A stretch of 63,485 nucleotides of DNA, filler included, from Phoronis australis (taxonomy: Eukaryota > Animalia > Phoronida): assembly GCA_002633005.1 (NCBI GenBank). It is 8 parts of 8 records of this genome, joined end to end, with 100 filler letters (N's around TTAATTAATTAA, not from the genome) between each part and the next. Parts side by side here need not be neighbours in the genome. Positions count along the whole stretch, not along the records: positions 1 to 17,164 come from NMRA01001289.1; positions 17,265 to 32,157 come from NMRA01001541.1; 6 more parts are not named here. One strand, written 5' to 3'. Below the pieces are notes generated by a model. That model searched no databases, was not told where the DNA came from, and saw nothing but the letters and a program-made list of their open reading frames with translations. The translations under genes and the position numbers were made by a program. Of the stretch, positions 11,402 to 24,776 are shown in pieces (within the stretch, counting starts at the first letter, position 1; each line of letters opens with the position of its first letter).

Positions 11402-14400
11402 TGTTACATTCGTTTATTAGTTTAGTTTTTGTGGAAGTCGCTAGGTGTCGCACCAAGTTGTGCGCACGCGTAGCTCGCCCTTCCTGGCCCGGACATTTTG
11501 TAAAAGGGTTTATTGTTTCGCTCCTATAGGCTATATTTGTCAATCACAACCTTGTGACAATATAGTAACCAGGAAAGAGAAACTGTTTATTTTTTGCCTT
11601 GTGCATTGCCATTCCTAATATCATTGACAAATGCCTAGTGAGTGGCTACGTTCGGGGTCTGGAGAGTCGGCAACTCAAAAAGAACTTATGGAAGAAGCCG
11701 TACAACAACAAACTAGTCAAACCACCACAAGTGACATAGTAAGAGAACTTTCGAAGCCAAAGATAAAAATATCGCCGTTTAGTGGTGACCCACTAACTTA
11801 TAGAAGACTTCTGAGACAGTTTAATCACTGTATCTTGTCAAATACTGATAACTTTGATGAACAGTTAAATTATTAGGAACAGTATACGCTTGGTGAGCCT
11901 TTGAAAATCGTTAATGGCTATGGTGCTCTGCCGAGTAGCAAGTTAGCTGTGAACTCTATTTTCCGTGAATTTGAAGATCGTTATGGACAAAAATCCATTA
12001 TTGCCAATGCCTACATTAAAAAGGCACTTGGTTGGCCCATCGTGAAAGCTGAACATCCAAAGAGTTTGGATAAGTTTGGACTATTTCTTCTGGAATGTGG
12101 CCTTGCAGTGGAAGAAGTTGGTAGCATTAGCATTCTAGACTATCCTGACAATATTCGCCAGCTTGTGTCTAAACTTCCCTTCAGCTTACAAGAATGTTGG
12201 AGATCTCGAGTCTATGACATCAAAAAAAAAGGACGAGGTGGTTACGTTTGAGCTGTGTTCATGCAAGGACTTTGGGACAAAGTTACTGGATGACCGAGGG
12301 CATATATTCAAAGCAATAAGCTTTGCTTCGGTTGTCTTAAAGAAGGTCATAGAAGTCGTCAGTGGCCAAGTCGTTTGGTATGCGAGGTTTGTGAAAAGAG
12401 CCATCCTACACTCCTGCACGATGAATCAAAGATGAAGTCCAAGAAAGGTGATGAACCAAGTACATCCTTCAAGACATATGCAAGTGCAATCCATGACGGT
12501 AGTGATTCAACGGGAGCCAGTGAATGTACAATGGCTATAATTCCAGTGAAGATAAGATCATCTCGCAAGATAACTGTTAAAGGTTACACCTTCTTAGACC
12601 CAGGTTCAAATGTGAGTTTTTGTACTGATAAACTGGCTGAAGTTGTACAGGCTAACCAGGAAGGTGCTAAAAACTCATTAGGAACCATGACTAGTCAAGG
12701 TTCGCTTAGTGTAAGCGTGTAACTGGTCTTGAAGTGACCTCGCTTCATGGTAACTTGTTCTTTAAATTACCACCCGTATACACCCAACAGGAGATGCCAG
12801 TGAATCAGCATCACGTACCAACAAAAGAAGACGTTGCCAAGTGGAAGCACCTTAATGACCTTCCCATCCCTGTAGTTGATGAAGAAATACTTTTGCTCAC
12901 TGGTAACAATGTGCCAGATGCTTACTCACCTTATGAAGTTCGTACTGGTCTGTCAGGCAGTCCTCATGCAACAAGATCCAAGCTTGGTTGGATTTTGCGG
13001 AATGTTGTTCGTGAACCTGCTGGTGACTTAAAGCAACCAGTGGTACAAGCCAATCGTATTGATGTTAGTGTTGTTCAAGAAGTAGAGCATTTGAAGCAAA
13101 TGATTCAGATGTCCACTGATGCAGATTTCCCTGAGAGAATCATAGACAACAAGAAAGAAGCTTCACAAGAAGATAAGCTTTTTTGTCCAAGGTCCATGAT
13201 TCCATAGAGTTCAAGGATGGTCACCACAATATTGATCTACCATTTCGTGATGTCAGATGAGAAGCTACACCCTGAATATACAGCCTTCATGGACAAAGTG
13301 TTGAAGAATGGCCACACCGAAGAAGTGCCCCCTGAGGTTAAGTCCAGGCAAGATGGCAAGGTGTGGTTCATACCCAACCATGGTGTGTATCATCCACGTA
13401 AACAGAAACTTAGACTAGTATTTGATTGTGCTGCAAGATTCAGTAGTGTTTCATTGAATGATCTACTTCTCCCTGGTCCCAATTTGACAAGTAGTCTGCT
13501 AGATGTTCTACTTAGATTTCGCCAAGAGCTCTATGTCATCACAAGTGATGTTGAGTCTATGTTCTATCAGGTTGTGGTCCCGCCCAAAGATAGAGATTGT
13601 TTGCGGTTCTATTGGTTTCCCGATGGTGATCTGCAGCGAAACCCTGAGATGTACAGAATGGCCGTCCATGTTTTTGGTGCATCTTCGTCCCCTGCTTGTG
13701 CCAGTTTTGCCCTTCAGCAAACAGCGATTGACCACTCCTCTGAGTTTAGTAGTGAAGTTTGTAGCACGATTTCCAATAATTTCTATGTAGACGACTGTCT
13801 AAAGGCAGTTCCCACTGAAAGTTTTGATTTAGACAGAGTGAAACAGTTGTCTAGTTTGTGTAGTCTTGGAGGTTTTCCTCTCACTAAGTGGTCTAGTAAC
13901 AGTCGAGCCATAATTGAGTCCATCCCTGAAGATGAGAGGTCGAAGGAGCTTCAAGATTTTCAACTCGACTTAGACAAGACTGATCAAGCGATCCCTTCTT
14001 AAAGAACCCTTGGGGTATTTTGGCACCCAAAGAAAGATACATTTGGTTTCAACCTTAGTTTAGCCGAGAAACCAGCAACAAGACGAGGTATTCTGTCAAC
14101 AGTTTATTCAGTCTATGATCCATTAGGTTTAGCAGCGCCCATGGTTTTGCCTGCGAAAATCCTTCTCCAGTCCCTTTTGAAGCAGAATGTTGATTGTGAT
14201 GACAAGATTGCCGAGTCAGACAATGTTATTTGGCAAGATTGGTTGAAGACTATTCCTTTAATTCAACAGACTGAAATTCCAAGGAGCCTCAAGCCAAAGG
14301 ATTTTGATGTAAAAGCATGGCTGCTATATGCGAAGTTGGTTATGATGTTGCAGTCTACAGTAGATTAGAAGACTCCAATGGACAAGTTTTTTTGTAGTCT

Positions 14401-15875
14401 TGTTATGGGTAAGGCTCGCGTAGTACCAAACAAGAAAATGACCATCCCAAGATTAGAGCTAACATCCGCTACTCTAGCCGTTAAAATCGTCAATTTGATT
14501 TTGAAAGCCGTTGACATCAAATTCGATGCCACTTATTTTTGGACAGACAGTACATCTGTACTTAAGTACATCCAGAACACTACTGCAAGATTTAGAACCT
14601 TTGTCTCCAATAGACTGGTTGTGATTTTGGAAGGTTCTACCCCTCAACAATGGAACTACGTCAGCACCAAGGAAAACCCTGCTGATGCAGCATCAAGAGG
14701 TATCCTGTGCAGAGACGAGAAGTCAGTTCAACAGTGGTTACATGGTCCGGAATTCCTTCACAGCTGTGAGTTCGGATGGCCAAAAGTTTCCATCACTCCA
14801 GACCTTAGCCAAGACGACCCTGAAGTGAAAGTTGTAGCCAGTACTGTAGTCAAGGTTTTGCAGCCCCTTGATTTTTGTGAAGATTTCCAAAATCTCATTG
14901 AAAGGTTTTCAAGCTGGGGAAAACTTCTCAGAGTGTCTGCATATGTTTTGCGTGCCAAGAATCTCTTCAAGCAGTTGCTAACAAAAAAGCAGCCCTCAAC
15001 TAGAAGTAGTAAAGTCGCGTTGTCACAGTTAACAATGCAAGAGTTAAGTGCCACCGAGATGTTCATCATCAAATATGTTCAGAGAAAATACTTATTGACC
15101 GGGCAACCTATGAAAGCCAGTGTTCAGAAGTTAGATCCCCTCTTAGATGACCACGGTGTGCTAAGAGTAGGTGGCAGATTGGTTCGTGCAAGTTTACCTG
15201 ATGATACCAAGCATCCCATTGTTATTCCTGGTGACAATCCTGTTGTGTCCCTTCTAGTTCAAGACATGCACAGAAGATTAGGCCACGCTGGAAGAAACAT
15301 AGTGCTTACCAAGCTCCGTGAAAGATTTTGGATTCAGAAACCAAGCAAGACTGTGAAGAAGATTTTGTCAAGATGTGTTCATTGTAGAAGACACCTTGGA
15401 AGACTGGGACAGCAACAAATGGCCAACTTACCTGTTCAAAGAGTCACTGGTGATCACAAAGCATTCACCAACTGTGGAGTCGACTACTTTGGTCCTCTTG
15501 AAATCAAGCGAGTTCGATCTCTTTACAAGCATTACGGGGTTCTATTTACTTGTTTTGAATCTCGTGCCTGTCATTTGGAGCTAGCAAACTCAATAGATCT
15601 TGACTCATGTATTAATGCTATTAGAAGATTTATTTCCAGGAGAGGTCCTGTCAAATGGATGAAGTCAGACAATGGGACAAACTTAGTGGGTGCACACAGA
15701 GAGTTGTAGCTCGCCCTTCCTAGCCAGAGCATTTTGTAAAAGGGTGACATTTTTTGCTTCGCTCCTATAGGATATATTTGTCAATCACAACCTCGTGACA
15801 ATATAGCATTGCCATTCCTAATACAAGTCTCTTTTCTTTTCAGATCCTTTTCTACCAAGTTCGCCACCTACAACA
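11402..15875 (+). mobile_element. BEL/Pao LTR retrotransposon, decayed (gag, protease, RT, RNase H/peptidase A17, integrase)
   Basis: Gag FSGDPLTY; Zn knuckle CEVCEKSHPTLLH; protease FLDPGS; RT FYVDDCL; KARVVP..TIPRLEL and FWTDS; integrase HHCC, DYFGP, SDNGTN. Partial direct repeats at ~11470-11620 and 15706-15823, the latter continuing to ...ACAACA at 15875. Left boundary approximate. Confidence 0.93.
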
Positions 15876-16774
15876 GGGTCTTATTGTCCCTGGGGGTCTA
15901 AACAACCCTGTCTTATCTATAAACCCCAGGAAAAACTGCATCTTTAGTTGTGGATATGGTGTCCAAGTTTGCTTATCTACCATTTGGAAGAGAATTTTTG
16001 TTGCACTTAAAAGTATAAATAAATTTTTAACTGGTCGTTAATTAAAAAGTGTTTGAATTACTACACAAGGATTTTTTGTTTTATGTTGTATTTTTGTTCA
16101 TTTCCAATAATGCAGATATCAGAATTGTCGTATTTCCCCTTTTGTACAAGTTCATTTTTGGGGGTCTTGTCATACCCCAGGAAAAATGAAGTCTTAAGTT
16201 GTGATTATGATGTCTACAGTTACTAAGCTATTTTGTGAAAAAAAGAACTTTTGTCCCTACTTAAAAGTTGAAATATATTGTTAATTGGCTGTTAATTAGT
16301 AGGCATCTTAATTAATAAAACCCAAGAATTTCCACATCTTGGCATCAATTTGAGTGGTGATTTGAATGAAATAAAATGTATTTTTGGGTCCTTTTTTGGA
16401 CCACATAAGGGACCAAAGCCCAGGATTGTACAATGAAGATGCCCCTTTCCTTCAATGGAAGGTGATTTATCATAGAATTATGCACTCAAACCTTTTGCAC
16501 TCAAAAGTGTGAATAAAGTCTTGCTGGCTGGTCTTTTGGTTAGCATCACTTGTGATGGAGTAAGTACTTTGCGTGCTGCTCCTGATAACCTAAAACAACT
16601 ACTCACTACTTCAAAAACATAACTGAAAATTTTACAGCTATGAGAAAAAAGTTGGAAAAAGTAGGAAATATTAGAAATTTCAGAAAAAAGTATGAAAATT
16701 AGGAAGAAGTCAAAAAAGTAGGAAAAGTGGAAAAAGTAGGAACGCTTGAAAGCCTACATTGAGCACTGCCAAAG

Positions 16775-16996
16775 ATAAAGAGGTAAACGTAAAACACTAA
16801 AATTGCCACTCTGGAGCACACCGGTAGTTGGAAAGGTTCGAAATTCGTCATCTGTCATCAGCTTCGAAGGAACACATCTGCCAAATCTCATCAAGATCTT
16901 GTGAGGAGCTTAGGAGATACAGCTGCTGATGCCCGACACCCGGACAGACAGAGATGACTGCAATATGCGACCATATATAAATATGTGGTCGCATAA
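16775..16996 (-). mobile_element. Truncated HINE end
   Basis: One core subunit, GACA microsatellite remnant and hairpin TATGCGACCATATAT-AA-ATATGTGGTCGCATA. Confidence 0.75.
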
Positions 16997-17164
16997 TAAT
17001 AATCCTTTCACCGACTTGGTGGACGGAGAGGGTAATGTCCAAAACTTGCTTAAAAATTTTAAAATGGCCACCACGTGGCATAGAATATGTCCAATACATC
17101 CAATAATGAGAAGGTGTCAGCATCTCCTTTACCTTGCAACAAAAATTAACAGGCCACTATGTGT

Positions 17165-17264
17165 NNNNNNNNNNNNNNNNNNNNNNNNNNNNNNNNNNNN
17201 NNNNNNNNTTAATTAATTAANNNNNNNNNNNNNNNNNNNNNNNNNNNNNNNNNNNNNNNNNNNN
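17165..17264. other. Artificial contig spacer N44-TTAATTAATTAA-N44 (also 32158-32257, 37197-37296, 43498-43597, 51303-51402, 56745-56844, 59665-59764)
   Basis: Seven identical 100-bp blocks containing a six-frame stop linker. Confidence 0.97.
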
Positions 17265-17574
17265 AGCTATGATGTTGCACAACTTACAGAGTTGTGATCT
17301 TTGCCTTTGAGGCTCCTTAGAACAATTAAATTGTAGGAATCATGAAAATTTACAATAACTGACTACAAATTGAAACATGTATCATGGCAATACACAATCA
17401 CAATATGAATCTTGGTAAGGCACTATACTGACTGTAAATTGAGGTAGGAATCTTGGATATACATTACGCTGACTACAAATTAAAGCATGCCTCTTGCTAA
17501 TGTGTTATCACTTACTACAAATTAAAGAATTTGCTAAACATCAAAATCACAGTGCTATGGCATTTGGTTTTTAA

Positions 17575-18552
17575 GGTTATCTCCAACTTTATTTAGTGGT
17601 CTCTATTCTAACTCGTACATCAAAAAAATAGTTTGTCAACTAGTAAAAGTATATATTTTCTGAAAGACAAAAATTAAGGATCATGAAAGGTACCTTTGTA
17701 AAAAACGAAAATATCAAAGTCTTCGGTTGATTATTCCGTAAAAACTTGTTTTCGGTACACGTAACCTATACAAGCCTCAAATATGTTCGCTATTTCAACA
17801 TTCACTTGCAATGTCAACTGATTTTGCTGTGCGTAATTAACATAATTATCATTAAAATGTACCATTCCCAGCTAACTCTTACTGTTTGCGACCTATTTGA
17901 CCTACTTTTATATAAATAGGTCATAGTTCATTGTCATACACATAGCCTGTACACGTCACGTGCTGGGACACTGACACGAAACCAAGTAAGAAATGGATAA
18001 CAAAAATCGAATCAGTGGTTAAAGCATGTCGTCAGCATGAGATCAAAACATTGAAATGTCAATTTATTAATTTAATGAAGGAATTAGGGTGAGGATTTAT
18101 CTCTTTTCACAACTTGCTGTATTCATGACCACAGAGGCCTGAAGTGACCATAGCATTCATTCTCAACGCCAACGGTCGTATGCATGTAGACCCATAACTC
18201 CCTTAGTAGTTTTGTCTTAGTTTTCCCCGGCACCATCCCACCGTAAGTACACCTGGGTGACTCAATGTTATGGCGATTTGTAAATGAAAGGATTGAGGGT
18301 ATACGAAGCTGTTCTGTACTTGGCGGGAGATTTGATTTGATTGAAAGCCTTTTAATCTTTGACCTTGGATAAATAGTAAACAAATCTCCACGCAGCTGTG
18401 CAGTTCCAAGGTGGTTCTGTTACATCTTTTTTCTCGCTACGCAGTATATATTTTGTATTTGAAGTTCCCCGAGAATGAAGATAAGGTATTTTAGTAGGCA
18501 CGTGAAATATTGTAAAAACAGTAATTTTTTGTGAAAAAGGTTTGAGATAACC
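17575..18552. mobile_element. TTAA-flanked non-autonomous DNA transposon (Kolobok-type family B)
   Basis: TTAA-GGTTATCTCCAAC ... GTTTGAGATAACC-TTAA; second copy at 46254-47220. Confidence 0.8.
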
Positions 18553-19675
18553 TTAAATGGAGTTCACTCTTATATTTGCCAGACTATACTCTGTCCAGAC
18601 TTGACATGCTCATATACTAATTAAATCAAACAAAATTGCGTTTCTTATTTCATTTTTTCTAATCATCATTTTTGAATTAATTTATTTACTATTTATTTAT
18701 GTATATGTTTACTTATTTATTATTTTTGTATGTTTGCGTATATTTTTATTTACCTGTTTACTTACTTATATACTTGTTTACTGCTGATTGTCTTATGTTT
18801 TCATTTTGTTTCTCTATTTTTACGGTCCATACTTGAGATAAATCTTTGACCTTTTATGTTATCCTTGTCTTGCACTTGTACTTTTATCTTGTGTTTTATG
18901 TTTCTCTTTTATTTCTCAGTTCTTGTATGATTCTAATAACTTAATTATAATTATTATTATTATTTTATTTGCATTGTAAAGTTAGAAAGCACAGTTTGAA
19001 TTACATTATAGCCAGTTCAGATCTCAGAACAAATAACGCTACCTAGTGAGCATTAAGTGTAGTATATTAGAATAAAACAATGAAGCACTCATTGACCTCA
19101 AGCAACTAAAACAGAGAAATGACAAAAATGTGAAAAGTAGAGATATTTATTTACAGGTAATTAGAGATATTTATTTACAGATAATCAGAGATATTTATTT
19201 ACAGTAGTCTGTTGGTGTTCACCACTGGTCTGACTAGATGTGATAAACTTGGAGTATTTTTAGAAAATGAGTGCAGACTTTCATTCTGCACGTACAATCA
19301 GACATCAAGACTACAGCTGAACTTTTGGTACACTTCCATCTTTTTGACATTTTAAGGAGTTGTGTGAGGAACTCTACCACAAATGTGCAAAGTATGAGTG
19401 ACCTCTGTTGATCATTAAAGTGAATTAGATATTCAATAACTCGTTTTATCTGAAAACTATGGGCCTACGGCTGATGACCATATATTTAATAACACGATTT
19501 ATTTGAAAAGTGGGGGTCTATGGATGTTGACAATAATAGTGAATTAGGTATTTATCAGCTTGCTTTGTCTAAAAAACTCTTTATCTAAAAATGTCAAATT
19601 AAAGATTATCTCTGACCTAAGTTCTGTTGTGAAAGTGCTTCCGGTGAATCATAAAATTATGAGCTTGTTAGCCAC

Positions 19676-19750
19676 TCACTATTAGCTGAATGGTTAGCAC
19701 GCTTGCTGGTTTTATGGGGGTCGCTGGTTCGATTCCCGAGGTCGGGTAAT
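19676..19750 (+). mobile_element. tRNA-derived SINE head or tRNA pseudogene
   Basis: A-box TAGCTGAATGGTTAG and B-box GGTTCGATTCCC at tRNA-like spacing; no clean cloverleaf. Confidence 0.55.
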
Positions 19751-20119
19751 CTCGGCTATTCCTACAGTTCTGTAGCCAACATTAAAGACATTCTAAAGTA
19801 AACTAAAAATTTTACGTGCAATTCAACTTCAGAGGAGAATTTCAGTTCAATATCTATGAATGCCTTTATAATGAGTTTTCAGCAAATGTTGGAGCTGACT
19901 TGGGTCAAAAGGTGGATTAAAAAGTTTCCACTCATACCTTTAAAATAATTTAAAGTCCACCTTTTGACCCATGAAGAAGCAAACATTTCCATGAATAGCC
20001 CAGTTTTCAGATATCATCAGCCACTAAAATAATTTTAGGACCATTTCAATTCAAGTCTTAAAGTACATAAAAGCTGGGTAGTAACCACTCATTCATGGCC
20101 ACTTCCTGCCAAAATATAC

Positions 20120-20400
20120 AAGTAGGTTTCAATGCAGGTCTACCTCGATACAGGTAGGCTTTAATAGGCACCTGCTCAGATACATACAGGCTTCAATAGA
20201 CACCTAATCAGATACAGGTAGGCTTGAAAAGACACTTAGGCAGATACAGGTAGGCTTGAAAAGACACCTAGGCAGATACAGGTAGGCTTCAATAGACACC
20301 TACTCAGATACAGGTAGGTCTCAATAGATACCTACTCAGATACAGGTAGGTTTCAATAGACACCTACTCAGATACAGGTAGGCTTCAATACATATCTACC
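20120..20400. repeat. 32-bp minisatellite
   Basis: CAGATACAGGTAGGCTTCAATAGACACCTACT units; period 32 (20241 to 20273). Confidence 0.9.
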
Positions 20401-20439
20401 TGGGCTAGTACAAGACTAGCTTAGGAATTTTTGTAAACT

Positions 20440-20880
20440 ATTACGACATCCCAACTATTAGAACATCATAACTATTAGGGCATCGTAACTATTAGGGCAT
20501 CATAACTACTAAGTCATCATAACTATTAGGACATCGTAACAATTAGGGTATCACAACTATTAGGGCATCATAACTATTAGGACATCACAACTATTAGGAC
20601 GTCATAACTATTAGGGCATCATAACTATTAGGACATCACAACTATTAGGACGTCATAACTATTAGGGCATCATAACTATTAGGACATCATAACTATTAGG
20701 TCATCATAACTATTAGGACATCTTAACTATTAGGTCATCATAACTACTAGGGCTTCATAACTATTAGGGCTTCATAACTATTAGGGCTTCATAACTATTA
20801 GGTCATCATAACTATTAGGGTTTCATAACTATTAGGGCATCGTAACTATTAGCGGTTCATATCTATTAAGGTATCATATC
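20440..20880. repeat. 17-bp minisatellite containing TTAGGG in many units
   Basis: CATAACTATTAGGGCAT, about 25 copies; period 17. Confidence 0.92.
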
Positions 20881-23599
20881 TGGACACCAGTTCATAACAT
20901 GAACACGTACAAATATGAGAAAATGAAGTGGAAGTTTCTGCTACATTAAAAGTTTATTTATTTAAAGCAAAGCACTTCTCCATTGGTCCCCACTTCCTGC
21001 AGACATCAGACATTTTTTTCTATATTTAATTCCTTCCAAGCAGCCAACTAGAAAATCTGACTCTTAAAGAAGTGGTTAAGTGCTCTCAGTCAGACTGGAA
21101 ATTGACAAAAATTGTCAAAATATTGGGATTACTGCTTAGTGGATAAACAGCACAGCTTGAACAGTTTTAAGTGTGAGAGTATAAGTTGAGAACAACGCCA
21201 CTTTTAGGAGACATGTTGCATGGTTGTGAGTGTGAACTCTATTAAAACTGATTTTTTTACCTACTAAGATTATTGCATACTGTGAGCCAATCTTGATTTT
21301 CCAGTGAATAAACAAATAAGTTTTCCTGCATGTGTGTTCAATATCTGCGTGGCGACCCCAGTGGAAGGATTGGCCCAGGTTACCCCATAGAAATGTCCGT
21401 ACTTGTGTTATGCCTGCGGAGGTGAAGGTGATAATACCTTACAGCTGTTTAAATGGTAACAATGCTTTTTTATAGAAAACTGAATTAGTGACTAATGTTT
21501 ACATGCGCTGTACTAATGGGCTACAGACGGCTACCATTACCTCTAGTGGTGCAAGCTACGCTTAATTTTTGTGACATTCAGGGGGTTAACTCCAACTGAA
21601 GGGAGATATAGGACAGGCACTTCAAATGGGAAGGGTTAAATACAGAACTAAGTAAAAAGGTGGTTTTTCCCATTTAATTTCCTCAAAAAGGTACGCTTTG
21701 AAAACTACAGAATCTAGGAATGCTGCTGGAAGAATACATCTCAATGTCCAGAAAGTTACTGACTGACCAGTGATTGACTGACTGACAGACTGACTGACCA
21801 GTCCTCATTTTATTAATCCAACAACAACAGTCTAGAGTCCTACTTACATAACATTTCAAACAACAGAACCAACAGTTTGCTTACCCCACAGCTTGATTAA
21901 CCTTTTTCAATGGCACTGCAAATACATTCCCTAAGGCAAATGACTTCTCCTATTTTGCTAAGAAAATTTTATTTATAAAATTAATCACTTTTATTGATTT
22001 ACTGTTAGCAATTTGTTTTTCATAAATTCATAAGCAAATCAGAATAGCACACCTTTAACTGACTTAAGGCATAAGTTGTTTTGAGCTCTTTTATTCACTT
22101 CATGGATTTCTCACTGGCTTTGATAAAATCAATCACAAATGTTGTGATTTCTCCAGCTATGATATGTCTGCGAAATACTAGTCCACTCACAACTGTGGTG
22201 CATGGATGGCTGACTTCATAACTCTTGGCCTTATCAATTCATATTGAATTTCGCTGATGAATGCACATCTAGAGTTAATGGTTTGGTTTATTGTAGGATC
22301 CCACTTGAGTACATGTGCTGCTATCAATAACATCAAATTTAGTTTGCCATCATTGTTTAAGATTAAATGCTGTCACAGTTTTCTAACTTCTGATTTCATT
22401 TTAAGCAGCTTTTGTTTTTTTCATGAAAAACATCAGTCTTATTTTTTGATAGCCACTCATACAAAGGTGGGTCATTTAAAAAACAATGACGAACAGAATT
22501 TTGGGGAACAGTGCATTGAGCATAGTATATGAAAGGTCTATATGATCCTACATAGCATAGTGTATGAAAGGTCTATATATGATCCTACATAGCGTTAATT
22601 AGTTAGACTCATGGTTAGTCACAGTTAGTTTCTAGTTATCAGGTACCGGTATACATTGTTTGTGATGAACCAGCACATGTAATTGATTACTGTAGTCAAA
22701 GAAAGCTGTCATTCAAATCACTTTGAACCAAACTAAAGAGGGACAACTTCTAAACCAAGTACTGGCATGTCTTGAGTAGCTGGTTTTCAAATCATCATTA
22801 TACGTCAATGAAATCATAAATTTTTTAACCACATGTCGAAAATTAGTGATAAAACTAGCAGATGCGACAACACTTACAGTGAAGACATTCTCACAAGCGG
22901 CAACAGTTTAATACACTAAAGACATTCTGACATGCAGCTGCAGTTCAATACATGTTGGCATGTGTTGTAGTCTACATGTTGTTTTTAAACTTTTTCCCAC
23001 CACAACTTGTACAACATGAACAACCAGTCAAGTCAAATGAACATGTCAAAGCACAAGCCTGTGCTCTTGATATCAGATGAAGTGGTATGAGACACGAATT
23101 TATTGAGAAATACACCATCTATGTTAACTATAACCAATTGTTAATAACTCAGAAAGGTTGTGAATATGGGCAGTACTCCTTCTCAATTGAAAAGTTATAT
23201 GCGCTGTAATTACTAATCATTTTTCTGCACATCTTCAGTTATTCATATCCTCCTTTTTAATAACCCATTAAATGACAAACAAAATACATAACAATATGTA
23301 GCACACTGCAGATCCACAAACCACTCAAGTCCCATTTAAGTTTTTCTGTGCCATTCCATAAGATAATGTTTAGAGTGCTTAAAATCACCAATTTCATATC
23401 AAAAACATCAAAACCTACCCCACCAGTTGATCAGCTGTCAATTTAGAACACTTGCAAATACTATCTGACGATATGTTAAATAGTCGAATTCGAGTTAAGA
23501 GAATTGATTGGTGAAAACATACTGCGTAAAATCGGGACAACCAGTCACAGCATTAGTCATCCTCCACTGTAATTAGCGTGATATATTGTCAGATCTTGC

Positions 23600-23800
23600 A
23601 GCTCCTTGGAATGACCAAAGACAAAAACAGACAAAAATTTTCTAGGTGATGTATCTTTCCACAAATAGGCTTGTGTGATAGAAATAATTTGTGTAGTAAA
23701 ATTTAACTGAAATAAACATTTTTGTATGAACAAAGTTAAAATAATAACAAAAAAGAAGAAGCTGGAAATGAAATAAGAGGAAATTGAAACCAAAAAGGAG
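23600..23800. repeat. Interspersed repeat shared with ~57520-57712
   Basis: Colinear similarity, e.g. CTTGGAATGACCAA and GTAAAATTTAACTGAAATAAACATTTTTG. Confidence 0.8.
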
Positions 23801-23964
23801 GAATTCTCTTAAAAGCCCTGAATAAGAAAAAGCGAGGGACTGCGTTAGTGGTGGTTGTGACAGTTTAGTATTTGACTATGCCACTTTTCACTTTCCCACG
23901 GGACATCATGGAAGAAGCACGAATATGGATTATGTTTTTTATAAGAAAGTCACGTGTTCATAGT

Positions 23965-24130
23965 GGACATGACACATTGGACCTAGGACCATTCACACGT
24001 CAATGAAATCAATGAATCATCACCTAGGTCCAATGTGACGTGTGAACAGACCTAGGTGCACTGTGTCATGACGTGTGAACGGACCTAGGTGCACTGTGTC
24101 ATGACGGACCTAGGTCCGTTCACACGTCAC
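23965..24130. repeat. Small array of ~33-bp units in both orientations
   Basis: TGACGTGTGAACGGACCTAGGTGCACTGTGTCA units and their reverse complements; GGACCTAGGTCC palindrome. Confidence 0.75.
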
Positions 24131-24776
24131 ACTCATGTCTGTGGAGCTAAGAAACTTTCTATTGAAATTGTTTTTCTAATTTCTCATTTTTGGGAAACTG
24201 AATTCAAAATTGGGATATGCAGTGCTATATAGGAAGGTTTAATGACACTGACAACGTAGTCACTTGTCAAACTACGGTAAATGATAGTTTGAAATACTTT
24301 AAATGTTCATGATATTGTAATTGCCATCTTGCTTTCTTATTAAGCCTTGTTAGTGGTAGACCACTTAGAGCAAGTATTTCAAGAGAACAAACCCACTGTG
24401 TATATTAGAAGGAAGAGATAACCAGTTAATAGTTTCACAACCTACAATTACAAAACATCCAACATGGAGCACTGTATTGTTCTTTCAAACGCACTACAGA
24501 TGGAAAATTTAGGAACCAATTGTTAAGATAAGCATTACTTGTCATTATACATTTATTTGTAATTTAGATAGTAGGCCTAACCCATCAGGTGTGGTATTAA
24601 GGGGGATTCAAGCCTCCTGCCATCTAGCAACATTAGCATACATTAGGGGTGAGTGTCTGGGCATAGGACTTAGTCATTGGGAGACATTTGTAAACATCCA
24701 GCAAATGCCAGCCACACATTTGAACATTGTAGTACGTTGCACTGAGTGCTCTTTGACCTCTGTTTTTCTGTTGCAG

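Larger units (their letters stand above)
5602..16520. mobile_element. Putative foldback-like DNA transposon: inverted tandem-repeat arms (5602-5691 plus 9773-10250 versus 15876-16520) around a nuclease pseudogene
   Basis: Left unit ACTTTTAAGTGCAACAAAAATTCT...GGACACCATATCCACAGCTTAAGAC occurs as reverse complement at ~15930-16015 and ~16180-16270. True termini were not identified. Confidence 0.6.

Noticed and set aside
5618-16509. CAC...GTG termini for the foldback-like element
   Set aside because: Repeat-unit similarity continues beyond both positions, so they look internal to the arms.
19676-19750. Functional tRNA gene
   Set aside because: A and B boxes are present, but acceptor and anticodon stems do not pair convincingly.
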